Source: Schmidtea polychroa (lineage: Eukaryota). Taken from it: 64,000 nucleotides of DNA. Of the stretch, positions 12,951 through 26,736 are shown piece by piece. Within the stretch, counting starts at the first letter, position 1; every line of letters begins with the position of its first letter. Position numbers and translations under genes: made by a program. The notes under the pieces were generated by a model. It had not been told where the DNA came from, did no database searches, and was given only the letters and a program-made list of their open reading frames with translations. Where the stretch lies: positions 12,896,001-12,960,000 of the forward strand of contig CM097888.1 of the NCBI GenBank assembly GCA_044892525.1. The letters run 5' to 3'.

Positions 12951-14679
12951 TTATGTCAATAAAGTTTATTGATTAAAGTTTTTGTTAAAATATTTAAAAA
13001 AACTAGTTTAATATTTTATAATTTATATGATAGATAATAAATGAGTATTGATTAAATGAGCATATATTAAGTAGAAAATTTTATTAGAAAATAAAAATTA
13101 TTTTTTTATTTAATTAAAAAATTATGAAAAAATCATTTATATCAAATATTTTTTAATTAAATTATGTCAATAAAGTTTATTGATTAAAGTTTTTGTTAAA
13201 ATATTTAAAAAAAATAGTTTAATATTTTATAATTTATATGATAGATAATAAATGAGTAATAACTCTAAGTCTTTCCTGCAACCTTTAATAAATGAACATT
13301 TTAGACTATAGAAATATTCAAACAATTAAAATAAAAAGTATTTAGAGAAAATAAGTTTTATTAATTTATTATGTATCATTCACCAAAAAACTGAATATTT
13401 TTTTAAAAGCTTTAATCAGGCAAAATTATTGAAATTTCGAAAATTAACTGAAAAAGTAAAAAATTTCAATTAAGGAAATAAATTTTATTAAATGATTTAT
13501 GATTAAAATAATATTGAATCATGAATAATATTGATCTAATAGTCTAAAAATAAAAGACGAAGGAGTAGATAACTTTTTCAATTTTTTTTTATTAGTATTA
13601 ATAGTAAAATGGTTCACATAGAGTTACACTACCAAATTGAAAATAATGCTTTATAAAACATTAAAAAAAGTTCATGTTAGTATATTTTAATATAAAGTGA
13701 AATATATCGCAATAGACAAATAAAAAAATACAAAATATCCAAGTTCTGCATAAACAGTTTGTATGAGCGAAAGATTGTCCATTGGCCTTTATCGGCAGCA
13801 GCAACACGCAATGGTAATAATTATTGACAGTACGATTATTCCAGCAATTACCCCGATTAAAATCTTTGACAAGATGGTCAATGTATAACAACATTGTAAT
13901 GAATTTGGACAACATGTCGGTGTGATGAATTGTCTGGAAACTAAAATGAAGCATAATGTTAGAGTACACTTTTTATTATATAGTATTACTATATGATATA
14001 TATAAATATAATGATGTTTAAAAAGATGGTTGGACCCAGAATTCTTTAAAACTTTTATTGTGACAACTGGGATGATTGTGAGTTAAATAGTGTGATTACG
14101 TGTGATTATATTATGTTATACAATTGTTGGACTGGGCTGAAAATTGTGAGATTGTTTAAATGCGTCGGAAATATATAATATGGAAACTGCACCAAGTCGA
14201 TGTAAAATCTATGATTATACATAAAATTATACAAAGTAAAGTACACAATAACTTGAGGATAAATAAACACGTATAATAAAAATGATAAACGCAAGAAGTT
14301 ACAATCACCAACATAGTTAAGGTAGAAACAATGCATTCGAAAAATCTAACAACTTTAAAAGAAGGGAATAATAAATAAAATAACGAATTAATAAGATCAA
14401 AAATTAATTATTTTTGGTCGTATTTACATACGTAACACCATTATCAAATTAATTAGGAATGTTATGACTCCTATTTATTTACGAAGTAGGTATGACAAAA
14501 AGTGTAGGCATTTAGAGAGAAATTAAGAAATAATATTTAAATAAGGATTATGATAAAATATCCGGGGCTATTGTTAAAATAGTGAAATAAAAAATAAAAT
14601 AATTAAATAATTTGATTGTTGTATACAATCAATAAAGTGATAATAACGGTCACTAAATAATGGCATCGATTTAAATATA

Positions 14680-14835
14680 NNNNNNNNNNNNNNNNNNNNN
14701 NNNNNNNNNNNNNNNNNNNNNNNNNNNNNNNNNNNNNNNNNNNNNNNNNNNNNNNNNNNNNNNNNNNNNNNNNNNNNNNNNNNNNNNNNNNNNNNNNNNN
14801 NNNNNNNNNNNNNNNNNNNNNNNNNNNNNNNNNNN
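14680..14835. other. Assembly gap
   Basis: Run of N. Confidence 1.
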
Positions 14836-16007
14836 ATCGTCAGGTAGAATTGAAATTCAAACTAAATCAATCTAAATTGCTCTTTTTTAAACAAACTTAT
14901 TAACTAATTCATTAATTTTTTCAAATATAATTTTGCTAAAAATTCATAAAAGTTCAATTAATTGGACGCTAAATTGACAAAACACGAGTGTGTTTCCTGA
15001 AAAAATTTAATTCAATTTAATTCAAAATAATGTACATGAATATGGCATCATTCGAGTATGTGATGGCTGCAAGTCTAAATATTTTTCATAATTATACACA
15101 CCCTAATGTCACAAAGTGTCAGGGAATGCAAGAGTTGGCATTAGAAATTTGTAAATATTGGTTACAATTTTTAGACTTTTACAATCTATCCTAAATTTTA
15201 GTCTCAGTTTTTCAGCTATACATGAAATTTGTTTAAATATTTATGCTCGTTTAGTGGTACATTGTATTCGTGTATAATGTAATAAATATGCAAATAAATT
15301 TTCACCATTTTATTTCATTTCTTTTTGACATTGTAAATGTGAATTTTCTCCTTTTTATGAGAAAGTCCAAAATTTCAGAGGACAGTGGATAAGGACACGT
15401 GACATGAGATGTCCTAGGGATCACCCGATCAGTGGTTGACTAACATTGTGTCATTCTGTGGAAACCATTGGTCGTAAATCCATCATGGTGAACGAGTTGT
15501 ATGGGCGATTATAGCTTTGGTGACGTTTACAAGCAGCAAATGGAAGCGTCAAGATTGATACAGAGATTTAAGCAAGAAACTCCTTGTACTGTATGTGATA
15601 TTATTTCAATGTTATTTGAAGAAAAAGGATTCGTTACGTAATAGCATGAAATATAAATTTGCGTAATAATCATCGCAAAATTCCATGATAAAAATTAAAA
15701 ACAAAATCAATAAACAAGTCAATACGAAAATTAGAAATTCGAAAATAAAAATTAAAGCTGGAAATAACCAAGCAACGCTATTAAAACTAAAGAGAGGAAA
15801 TTGAAGTAATGGTAGAAAAGGAAAATTGTAATTAGAAAATATAAACTGAAGATAAAGAAGGAAGAATCTATAAACAGTAAAAGTTAAAAGAAAATCATCA
15901 GGAACAGACTAAGAAAATATCATTTGTTAATAAATCGCAAAATATCAAGAAAGATTAAATCATCTGTAATTTTGAATTATCTAAAGAAGCTTAGTAATGT
16001 TAGGTTC

Positions 16008-17036
16008 GATGGGTATGTCTTCGAACTAACACAAAAATGTTCTATCTGACTCCAAGTAAATAATTTATGCGCGTAGGTATTCAAATAAATAAATAAGAGA
16101 TATGTTTTAAATATTTATTTTCAATTAAAAGTTAGTTACACGTTTAAATATGTATAAATATAGTTACACCACGCTGCTTTCTCTAAGTATAGAAAACGGT
16201 TATTCAAACCGCCCTGAAGAGTGTTACTAAGTATCAAGGCTGGCCCTAAATGCGCCAACAGCCCGATATAGGTGAAAGGAAAAGAGAACGGGACAATCAC
16301 CAAAATTTACGCTATAGAATTAACCCAGAAATTGGTTAATTCTTTTTAATAAATATTACTAACGAGACAACACAAAATTCGTGCTGACGTCAGGATATCC
16401 CCTAAATTTATTTAAAGCAAATAAACCCTTTATAAATACCTTTACAATTATTCAAATATTAATAATTAAAATATTGATAAAACTAACTGATATTCCTTAA
16501 ATAGTACTGAAGAGAGTTTTAATAATTATTCCACAAATTAACTATCGATTTGATATTTCCAATAATTATCACGATTTCTGTAATCCAACTGTCTATGTGC
16601 ACAGAAATAAATTCCCAAAAATTTACGAAACTAATTTTCTTTCAATCGATACGATTCTTATCACTTGACGAAACTTGATCGTTACTATAAATAGAATTGG
16701 TTCCTAATTTTAGTCACTGCGGTTTTTTCTCACTCCTATCTTCGTCCTTCATCTAATTTTTTATCTGCTATTTATACAAATTTATTTTACGTAATTCTAT
16801 TAATAGTAATTGTTTAATTACTATTTTTATTATATATTTTAAATAATTCCTACAATTCTATTTTTAGTAATTATTTATTACTAATTATGTTTTAATTTTA
16901 ATTTTAGTATTTAATTTCTATTTTTGGTAATTTTAAAATACTATTTTTATTTAAATCCTAATTTTGGTAATTAATTATTATTATATTTATTATCTAATTT
17001 CGAACGTTTATTTCCGGTTCCTACTGAACCCCAACA
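16008..17036 (-). mobile_element. Solo LTR, 1029 bp
   Basis: TGTTA...CAACA termini flanked by the 4-bp direct repeat GTAA (16004-16007, 17037-17040). The minus strand starts TGTTGGGGTTCAGT followed by an A-rich tract, like the giant LTR start TGTTGGGCTGAGT. Confidence 0.7.
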
Positions 17037-17178
17037 GTAAAGAAGAAAATAATATCTATTGTTCCTCAGCTGTTCTCGAATACTAAGGCTATTCCCAACT
17101 ATTCTTCGGCGGTCTAAAAATTTCAATTACTAGAGTCGAGGAACCAGTTTCATAAAGAAGGTTTTTTTCATTCTGTTT

Positions 17179-17923
17179 TTGTTATATAATTATGTGATTA
17201 ATAGTAAAGTTTTGACGGAATGGTTAAGTTACGGCGCAAAAGTCACAAAAGTTAACCGTGTTGTAGAGTTTAAGCAAGTAGCTATTTTCAAAGGATATAT
17301 TGATTACAATACCCAAATGAGACCAGCTAGTACAGATTCATTTCAGCGAGATTATTATACGTTAAAGAACAACAGTTTATACGGTAAAACCGTGGGAAAC
17401 CTGAAGAAACATATAAATTTGAGATTATGCAGCAAAAGCAAAAAGATTGATAACTTATTGTAGCCATCGTATGTTGCCTCGTAGCATCAAGATTGCGGAT
17501 GATCTCATTGCTGTTATACTCGATAAGGAAATGGTGTGTTTAGATAGACCAATGCATATTGGACAAACAGTACTTGATTTATCCAAACTTCTCATGTACC
17601 AGTTTCAATATAAAGAACTACAGGGTTATAGATAAGAATTCAATTGTCAAATTAACATCGTAGCTGGTGATACAGATTCCTTCTTTCTAGAGTGTAAAAA
17701 TGTGGATTTAGGCTTACAACTGTATTCAAAAATGATTGCCGATGAGCTCCCAGATACTTCAAATTATTCAGTGAACCATCCTTTGTTCTCAGATAAAATG
17801 TGTTCAGTAATCGGGAAAGTCAAGGATGAGAATAAAGTAAATCAATATAAAGAATGGGTGTTCCTTCGACCTAAGTGCTACTCACTTCAGGCGATAGAGA
17901 AACTCTATAAGCCAAAGGAATAA
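17179..17923 (+). pseudogene. Fragmented Maverick/Polinton-like PolB (copy 2)
   Basis: KNNSLYGKT, DRPMHIGQTVLDLSK, AGDTDSFFLE, DTSNY..HPLFS, IGKVKDE, LRPKCYS across three frames. Confidence 0.8.
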
Positions 17924-18032
17924 TTCTTAAAAATTCTAATATCACCCTGAAGGGGACACATCCTACTACTAATAAATGTAATAAATTATTAATAAAATAA
18001 TTAATTAATAAATGTAATATATTAAAAATTAA

Positions 18033-18247
18033 NNNNNNNNNNNNNNNNNNNNNNNNNNNNNNNNNNNNNNNNNNNNNNNNNNNNNNNNNNNNNNNNNNNN
18101 NNNNNNNNNNNNNNNNNNNNNNNNNNNNNNNNNNNNNNNNNNNNNNNNNNNNNNNNNNNNNNNNNNNNNNNNNNNNNNNNNNNNNNNNNNNNNNNNNNNN
18201 NNNNNNNNNNNNNNNNNNNNNNNNNNNNNNNNNNNNNNNNNNNNNNN
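18033..18247. other. Assembly gap
   Basis: Run of N. Confidence 1.
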
Positions 18248-19239
18248 AAAAGTAATTAAATAAAATTTAGGTTTAAAAAATGATTCGATTGGTTTATATT
18301 TGATCTTGAGATTTCATGACATTGAACTTGAAAGTGAGTTGGGTTCCTCACTATATACTACTGTACACGAGTAATTAAAGATAAAATAATCATTTAGGCG
18401 TTTAGGGAAGAGTTAATGACAAATCTTTCAGCAACCCTAGAATATTTAAATAATACAAAATATTCGCCTAAAATAATTAAAAATAATAATAATGTTGAGG
18501 ATATATGAATAATAAATAATATGAAAAATAAATAAAATTACCTGGGGGGAAGTCGTCATGACAAGCTGGACGATCCATGGGAACGCATAGAATAAAACAT
18601 AAGTAAAAAGAAGGAAGAAATTAGAAAGATAAATAAAACAAAAGAAATCAAACAAGAAATTAAAACAAAGGTTGTCATTAATTAATAAGTACAAAGGTGG
18701 GGAAAGGAATTTCAAATTTCAAAAACAAAACAAGGAAAAAATTTATGTCTTGACGGTTTGTCACAGATATCGAAATTTCAAGAAAAGTCGGCCTAATAGA
18801 AAAATGAAAAAAGAAAGAGATAAGTTAGGGACAGTAGAAAATGTGGGAAGGGAAAAAATGGAAAAACAAAATTATCTCAAGTACCACAGTTGTAACAAAC
18901 TATAAAAGGGAGGGATGCCGAGACCAGAGTTAGTTAGAATTAGTTAGAAGAGAGTTAGAAAGAAGTTTAAAAATGGAGTTAAAAAGTTGAGGTCAGAATT
19001 AAGAAAAGATATTTGATAACGAGGATAACGAGAACCTTTGTAAAAATAATATAAAGGTGGAAAATGAGTTAATAAAATTTTTCAGGCAATAGAGCATTCG
19101 AATAACAGATTCCTGTGATTAAATCGATCGACGATTAATGATTATTATTGTTTTGGCGAATTGTACACGAATGGCTATTTTCACGTAGTATGTAATAAGC
19201 GCTGGATAATTGTCTATATTAGAATTGATTGACTGTAAT

Positions 19240-19578
19240 TGCAACTTGTACAATCTATTGATTACTAATGAAGGTTAGCAATAGTTCGCGTAACCGTTAA
19301 GCATCAATTTTCGTCAGGGTCATTATCTACACAATGCCCATTGCCTGTGAAATGAGTTGCATTGCTTTCGAAATACAACGAGCCGTTAACTGTTTTTCTT
19401 CTGGAACTATATCAGGTGTATCATTATCGTCCACCAAAGAGCGTTCAACATTTATAGAAATTAAATCTTCATTATTAAGTTCTTCATCATGTGATATCAA
19501 TATCTCCTTAATATCAGCTTCCTCCATGCCTTCAAAGTTTGCTTTTCTAGCTAATTCAGAAATTTCTCTACGAACAGT
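19240..19578 (-). pseudogene. C-terminal remnant of a Tigger/pogo-type transposase
   Basis: NFEGMEEADIKEILISHDEELNNEDL...KQLT...ISKAM..I...DNDPD resembles the Tigger/TIGD1 C-terminus. Confidence 0.55.
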
Positions 19579-20226
19579 TTAATTTAAGCAACGCAAATCA
19601 AAAATAGTGTAGTATATATCATTATCTTTATTTCATGTTTTACGTTAACATAAATTTTTAACTTTATTTTTTTTATTTTTTTTATTTTTATTTTTTTTTT
19701 TTTATCAAGTTTTTAAATAGATTTTAAAGTAAATAAATTGATATTTATTATTATTATATAGTTTTGGGTAATTACTAATTTTAAAAATTACCTTTTTACA
19801 AATAAAATATGAGATTAATTTTTTATATATATCAGACAATGATGAAGTTATCGAAGACAATAATTGCAGAAAAAGTTGCTGTATTTTAATTTAATGAAGG
19901 AGTACCGTCATTAACCCTTAATTAAAGTAACTAGGGCTTGCATGCCAAATATCATGGTGGATGACTGTAATTCAATCTATTGGAATGCTTCTGCAAAGTT
20001 ATACTTCAGTTATAAGTAATTATGAAATATAATCAAAAACCATTTGACATATCAATACTGTATTGTCAGTGTACTTGTACACTATATGCTGGAGTAGTAA
20101 CTGCTCATAGTTCCTAATGGAAATAGTTTTTTGCGAAGTATGACCATAGTTTGTAAGGCTTAAATATTCACTTAACCTCATATTTTAAAAGACATCAAGT
20201 TTCAATTATGTAGCTGTTGTGCTGTT

Positions 20227-20230
<4 letters not shown>

Positions 20231-20312
<82 letters not shown>
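20231..20312. repeat. (AT)n microsatellite
   Basis: Direct reading. Confidence 0.95.
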
Positions 20313-20315
<3 letters not shown>

Positions 20316-20384
20316 GGTAGCATAGTCGTTATATCTAACGAATAAATACGAGCACAACTCAAATGTCTGGTAGGAATATCCTAA

Positions 20385-20612
20385 TTGCTGCAGATTATTC
20401 ATCAACCAAAAATGTACTCAATTGGTGAAGATTTTGAAGAATTTGTCATATCAATAAAAAACTATTTTCAAATGATCAAACTAGATGAACAACAAAGAAA
20501 TGTCCTTGTTCGAGCATATTTAGACGAGGAAAGCAGAAATATGATAAGATTCCATTTTATTCGATTTATGGAAAAATCAAAAATTGTTAAAAATTTTTAT
20601 TCTGCCAATTAG
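20385..20612 (+). pseudogene. Retrotransposon gag N-terminal fragment
   Basis: YSIGEDFEEF...KNYFQM.K..EQQRNVLVRAYLDEE has the pattern of a Gypsy capsid start. Confidence 0.4.
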
Positions 20613-21749
20613 AAGCAACAGTCTCAGATGGTAAGGCAAAAAAAGTAATGTTTATTAAATTCATTTATGTAATTATTTGAAATCAATGGTTTATTCAAAC
20701 AAACCATAAACACTAATTTATTTGAAAAAATCATCGAAAATTATGTTCTTCGAATTCATTCCTGAAATTTGCAGTTTTTTTTATTTAGAACATATAATTG
20801 TTTTTCATTTAATCTTGTGGTTTTCTTTTTTTGCTTTATTTTATTTTAAAATCATATCGTCCCTATTGTATATATATTTCAAATCAACTCCTTATTAAAA
20901 GCTCGATCAACATTTTATTGCTATTTTCGTACGATGTGTTATGAAAAGCCCTGTCCATAATGTCCTATAAAAATTGTAATAAAAATACACATTTAAAATA
21001 TTGAACCACCAGAATTCATGAAAATTGCTAATATTATTCGAAAAGATTCATTCATGTAAAGATAAACATTTTCCAAATTGTTCTAAAACCATTTAACTTG
21101 TATTTGAAGATTCAGCATGTTCGATAAATTTAAGTAAATTTTAATTCAATTTCTAATTGTTCCATAAAACTTTCATTAAAAAAACTTACTGTCGCCATTT
21201 GATTCACAAATGATTTGTCCACATTGAATTCGAAAAATATCAAAAGGATTGTCAGACTTTATGAGGAATACCAGAGAAAAAATTAACAGAATACGAATAA
21301 TACTCAACATTTCAACTGTCAAACCAAACAATGATAAACAATGAAATAGGAATACTAATATGGCGTTTTAGTCAGCCAATCAAAATCGATCTCATGATGA
21401 ACTAAATCTGTTACTCGCTTAAGATTTCTTTAAACCAATAAATCGATCATAACTTTATGGAAAATGAAATGAATGTAAATCGTATTACACTCCTTTTATT
21501 TATATATTTAATCTCGCATTACACTGAAAAGTAACCTATCATTTAGATTCACTAATAATTTTTTAATAATTTTGAAATTCACCTAGGTTCTACAGATGTT
21601 TTTGAATTCTGGTATAGCAATTCTGGTATTTGGGAAAATCTCAAAAATTTATCTATCTGCACATACGACACAGGTTTCAACAGATGGGTTTTCTCTATAT
21701 TAAAATGGATGAATAAAATTGATAAAAAGTAATATATATATGTATATAT

Positions 21750-22630
21750 GGTGGTGTGCTGGAGTCGACTCGCTCCGGCTCGCGCGAGCCGTTTGTTGGC
21801 AATAAAAAAACGCCGAGCCGGTTGTTAAATTAATTGAATTGCCAAACAAAAATTTAAAACTAACCGTTAATTACTTATTTTGATGGTAGTAGGCCTTGAT
21901 ATTTGATTTTGTGTTATATATAGTTTTGTATTGCTATAACAATTTACATAGTCTTTCATATTAGGCTGGAATGTATTAATGTGTACACGTTTTAGTTTAA
22001 TAAAATAAAATTAATAGCTAGCTAGTTTAATATAAAAATATTAAAACTAAATTTACAATTTCTAATAGGTAAGTAATAATTATTATTAAAATATATTAAA
22101 ACAAATAAGGAATACTAATTTTATGTAAATTATAGTGATTGTTTATCCAAAATGAAGAGAAAACAGGGAAATTTATTGTCGTTTTTTGCTCCGCAACCGA
22201 AAATGACTGAAAAAACAATTGGCAACAGATTAAACAATTCTGAAGTTACACAAAAAAACTCAAATATCATAACACCTGATTTTAACGCACATATTGAAGA
22301 AACATCTGTTGTACCTGTAGAAATTGAGGAAGATTTATTTTCAAATACCAATATTAATACCCAATTGCCTGATTGTTGGAATGAAAAGCAAGTAAGTTTA
22401 TTTACAGAACAATATAAATGGCTGATAATAAATGATGGCAAATTATGATGTAAAGATTATTCGCTAATTAAATGTTTAGCAACTGAGGCAGAAAAAAAAG
22501 TACATGTTTCTAAGGAATGGATTTCGTGTTCCATAACTCCAAATGGAACTAAAAATGATAGTAGACAGGCTTCTCTTCGCAAAAAAATTAAAGAACATTA
22601 CTTATCTAACGCACACTTGAAAATTCAGGA
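21750..22630 (+). pseudogene. 5' fragment of a hAT transposon with a KIAA1586-like transposase N-terminus
   Basis: GGTGGTGTGCTGGAGTCGACTCGCTCCGGCTCGCGCGAGCCG terminus-like sequence; reading through one stop gives [42 protein letters not shown], matching remembered KIAA1586 sequence. Confidence 0.7.
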
Positions 22631-23409
22631 TAATATATATTGCTGCAGTCGGCTACTTATTTTTTCTGGATTTTTCAATACAAAAAAGGGTCTATATGGC
22701 TACGCTTATTTTCAATACAAAATCCGCCTACACTAAAAATCATCGATTTTTCTAACAACTATGTACTTCTAATAAACAGTTAACTGCTAGAAACCAAATC
22801 AAGTTCAATATCATTTGTCATCATCAAAATTTATCCTATTTCTTGATTACTCTAATTATTAACCTAGCTGTCATTAAAAATAATTTTTATTCAAAATTAA
22901 AAACAAGTCAATAAAAATTTAGCAAATTATCAAGAAATTCAATTAAGATCACCATTAAAACCCTAAAATTTGATAGAATTCTTTCAATCAACATGAAATT
23001 CACAAAAATAATGGGTTAAATATTTTCTAAAACCATCAACTCTAAAAAATTACCAATGAATGCCTTAAACACCAAATTTACCTAAATAATCATTCATATA
23101 AAATCATCAAAACTGAAGACCAGTACCCATTTGGGGCAAAACATCCTGTCGGATAAAGTCATAGTATATATAATAAAACGAATTAACAATAACTCCATCA
23201 AATTTATCATTGAATCAGTCAAATTATCACAAATCTTAAACTTTGATAAAAATCTTATTCTGAAATGGTAAGCAATTGTAGGATAAAATCGAAAGATAAT
23301 TATTCTTTAAACACATAGATAAAATTAACAATGAAAATATTATTCTCTGGTGATAAGAATCTTCATTAAAGTGAGGAAATTATTCATTTCACAGATTTTA
23401 CACCTTTAG

Positions 23410-23770
23410 CTCTCATAGTCGATTTATTCAACCCATTCAGTTAACCCATTCACTATATCCAACCCCTTTACTCTAATCATTCAACTTGCCTATAACTGAG
23501 TTAAGTCTCCTAGAACATAATGGATGAGAGGGATCATAATTGGATGTATCTAACAACTCATCTGAATTCATCGCTGACAAAAGAATATCTAATTTTTAAT
23601 TTGTAACTTCTAAGAAAAAGCTATCGGTATCACCCGCAACTATATTTATATCACATTTAAAAAGTTTCCAATATTTCTCCAATTCTATGTACATTCTTAA
23701 TTTAGATAAATCCAGTACTGATTTTCCGATGTAGGTGGGTCTATCTAAACATATTGAGTCCTTATTAAGA
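23410..23770 (-). pseudogene. Fragmented Maverick/Polinton-like PolB (copy 3; not in the ORF track)
   Basis: Manual minus-strand translation: LNKDSICLDRPTYIGKSVLDLSKLRMY..VAGDTDSFFLEV..LDTSNYDPSHPLCS..VIGKLND*, with stops. Confidence 0.75.
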
Positions 23771-24451
23771 TTTATTGAAGACTATAAATCAGTAATATAT
23801 CGATGTTTATTGATACTCATGAATTTTCAGCACTATCTTTTTCAAGTGAATTTACTTTTCAATTGCATTTACCAATCATTGTTGGGAAAAAATAAATTTA
23901 TTTCATATTTTATAATAAATTTATTCATTTAATTATATTTTAATTAACCAAATAATATTTCCTATTTTTAATATTTTAATTTATAAAAAAAAGTTTTTTA
24001 ATTTTTATATATTTTGATTTTAAATTTAAATCCAAATTCAAATAAACGCCTCAAGGATTTTTTTTTAATTTAGTTGAATGTTGACGGAAGGTTTAAGTTG
24101 TTATCTTAAAAAAAACACAAACAAATTTGTTGCTGAAATTACAAATCTATCTCTTTCAACATCATTAGAGCTTGGAAATAAAAAAATTTATATATTATAT
24201 CCATAAAATAAATAATTGAGAACTCGATCTTTGTATCATTTATTTAGTGGCAGCACATCAGTTTAACCACTATTAAGAATAAATAAAACTATTTTTAAAA
24301 TGAGTCATTAGTATTTATAGGATAAATAAAATAACAACAATATAGCTAGGCAGTTAATCAATTGATTGCGAGGAAATTGATAAAGGATATAACAATTTTT
24401 TTATTATTATTGGTTACTTCTCATCACATGCGAAATAGGTATGATATAAAT

Positions 24452-24940
24452 CAGAGCTCCGCAACTGGTGTACCGCGAGGTGATGCCTACCCGAGAAAAA
24501 ATATAGGGTTTATGACGGACACGTGCGTTATGCTTATATCTATCTTGTTTACAAATAATTGCGTCGAATTTCCGAAAAGGCTATTAAAGTTCTGCTCCCA
24601 TTTTCAATAAATATGTGAAGAATGTTTTTCAACTCTAGTTTTAATAAAAAAATGATAAGCGGTCGTGCTTGAAGGGCCTTGACCAAGAACTTCGAGTTGC
24701 TCTTTCAAATATTGAGCCCAATATACAACTATTATGTTCCTTAAAACAAGCACAGGTATCTCATTAGTTATAGTTATAAATAAAAAATAGTTGTTAACGG
24801 CGATAATAAATTTATCAAATAAAAAAAAATACATTTTCTGTTTGTGCATTTCTTATCAAGTAAATTTTTAAAAATTTTTGTTTGTGGTGTGCCGCGAAAT
24901 TTTTTTAAGTCTTTAGGTGAGAAAAGGTTGCGGAGCTCTG
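24452..24940. mobile_element. Non-autonomous hAT (Buster-type) MITE, 489 bp
   Basis: Perfect 14-bp TIR CAGAGCTCCGCAAC/GTTGCGGAGCTCTG; 8-bp TSD ATATAAAT (nnnTAnnn) on both sides. Confidence 0.9.
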
Positions 24941-25625
24941 ATATAAATGATACTAAATAGCTGTAATTGTATATACTTATGGGTGTAGTGTAACGTTAAT
25001 TTTTTGAATACAATTACGAATGATAATCATTATTTTCCTTCGAGACATATTTATTAAAGGAACACTCATATATTACTAAAGAGAAAGAAAAATTAATTCA
25101 ACACTAGAAAGTGTTTGTAAAGCCAAATCTCTCACTTCAATTAACATCGTGGTAAATCGCGATCGATCTGTTCTCTTCATACAGTTGTCTTTCCAAATAA
25201 TAACATAACAATGATCGTAAATAGTGTACCGAATCACTAAATCCTGTCAATATTAAAAGTTGTATTTTTTGATTAACTGATATTGTCCCGATACTCTTTA
25301 ATTGTGACTCTACCGGGTTCTCCCAAATTTCTTTTAACACACAAATATACAAGTATATAAACATAATATACATAGTTATACAAGCATAACACTAAACTTC
25401 ATAATAAGGGATATTATTATTGTTGACACTTTCCCTTCCTTGGATATATAAACAAGCTAAAAATGTCAAAAATGAAATAAATCAGACAGTGACACAGACT
25501 TGTACCAAATACCCAACACCCACCAAGTTGACGAATTATGAGGTACATGATCGACTTTCCGACTTGATGATGATTGAATATAAATTAGTTAGACCGAAAA
25601 CAATTTTTGTAACAAACGTTCCTAT

Positions 25626-26140
25626 CAACGTTCCTTTATCATATTTCATAAATAAAATCTTTAATAAAAAAAGAATATAATTTTATTTATGATTGATCAT
25701 CGGCCACGGATTTCATGAATTTATTTTGCTTTTCAACAGTGCCTGGTTTCGAATTGGCCAGAGTATTTAGTTCTTTTCGGTTTCGTTTCTGTTGCATTAT
25801 TCTACTCTCGTTATTCAAAGTTTTGATCTTGTGTGGAATGATTCTCCTGTTCTGAATTTTGCGCACATTTGGATTCAAAGCATATTTCTCTCTCAATTTA
25901 TCTGCCTCCATCAAGCTCATTCTTTCTCTCGGTGTTTTCTATTGGAAATAGATTATCACGTGACAATATACAAATATATACAATACCGGTCCTAATTTCT
26001 CAGCAGCATTTGACTTCCATAGTCGGACATTGTGACCTTTTGACAGTGTATATTTCCCTCGAAATTGAATCATCCTTATCGAAAATTCGAATCTAAGATA
26101 AATTAAGATAAGAAAAGCATTTTAAAGTAATTTAATTTAC
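25626..26140 (-). pseudogene. Partial duplicate of the DCAF13 3' end (last two exons, penultimate exon with internal deletion)
   Basis: Near-identical to 26676-27255 but missing about 65 bp; no upstream exons. Confidence 0.85.
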
Positions 26141-26736
26141 TGATCAAACTAGATGAACAACAAAGAAATGTCTTTGTTCGAGCATATTTAGACGAGGAAA
26201 GCAGAAATATGATAAGACTCCATTTTATTCGATTTATGGAAAAATCAAAAATTGTTAAAAATTTTTATTCTTCCAATTAGAAGCAACAGTCTCACATAGT
26301 AAGGCCTCTAAGTAATGTTTATTAAATTCCTTTAGGTTACTTTTTATGTAATTATTTGAAATCAGTGGTTTATTCAAACAAACCATAAACACTAATTTAT
26401 TTGAAAAAGTCATCGAAAATTATTTTCTTCGAATTCATTCCTGAAATTTGCAGTTTTTTTTATTTAGAACATATAATTGTTTTTCATTTAATCTTGTGGT
26501 TTTCTTTTTTTGCTTTATTTTATTTTAAAATCATATCGTCCCTTTTGTATATATATTTCAAATCAACTCCTTATTAAAAGCTCGATCAACATTTTATTGC
26601 TATTTTCGTACGATGTGTTATGAAAAGCCCTGTCCATAATGTCCTATAAAAAACATTCACTTATGTAAAGATAAACAACGTTCCTATATCATATTTCATA
26701 AATAAAAACTTTAATAAAAAAAGAATATAATTTTAT

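Larger units (their letters stand above)
20473..26652 (+). repeat. About 500-bp dispersed direct duplication (20473-20973 and 26141-26652)
   Basis: TGATCAAACTAGATGAACAAC...GTCCTATAAAAA is present twice with few differences. Confidence 0.85.

Noticed and set aside
20202-20405. ORF with a YI dipeptide repeat
   Set aside because: Translation of an (AT)n microsatellite.
25137-25680. Possible decayed GIY-YIG/PLE fragment on the minus strand
   Set aside because: Only a vague Y.C..C...GRT pattern with several stops; unsupported.
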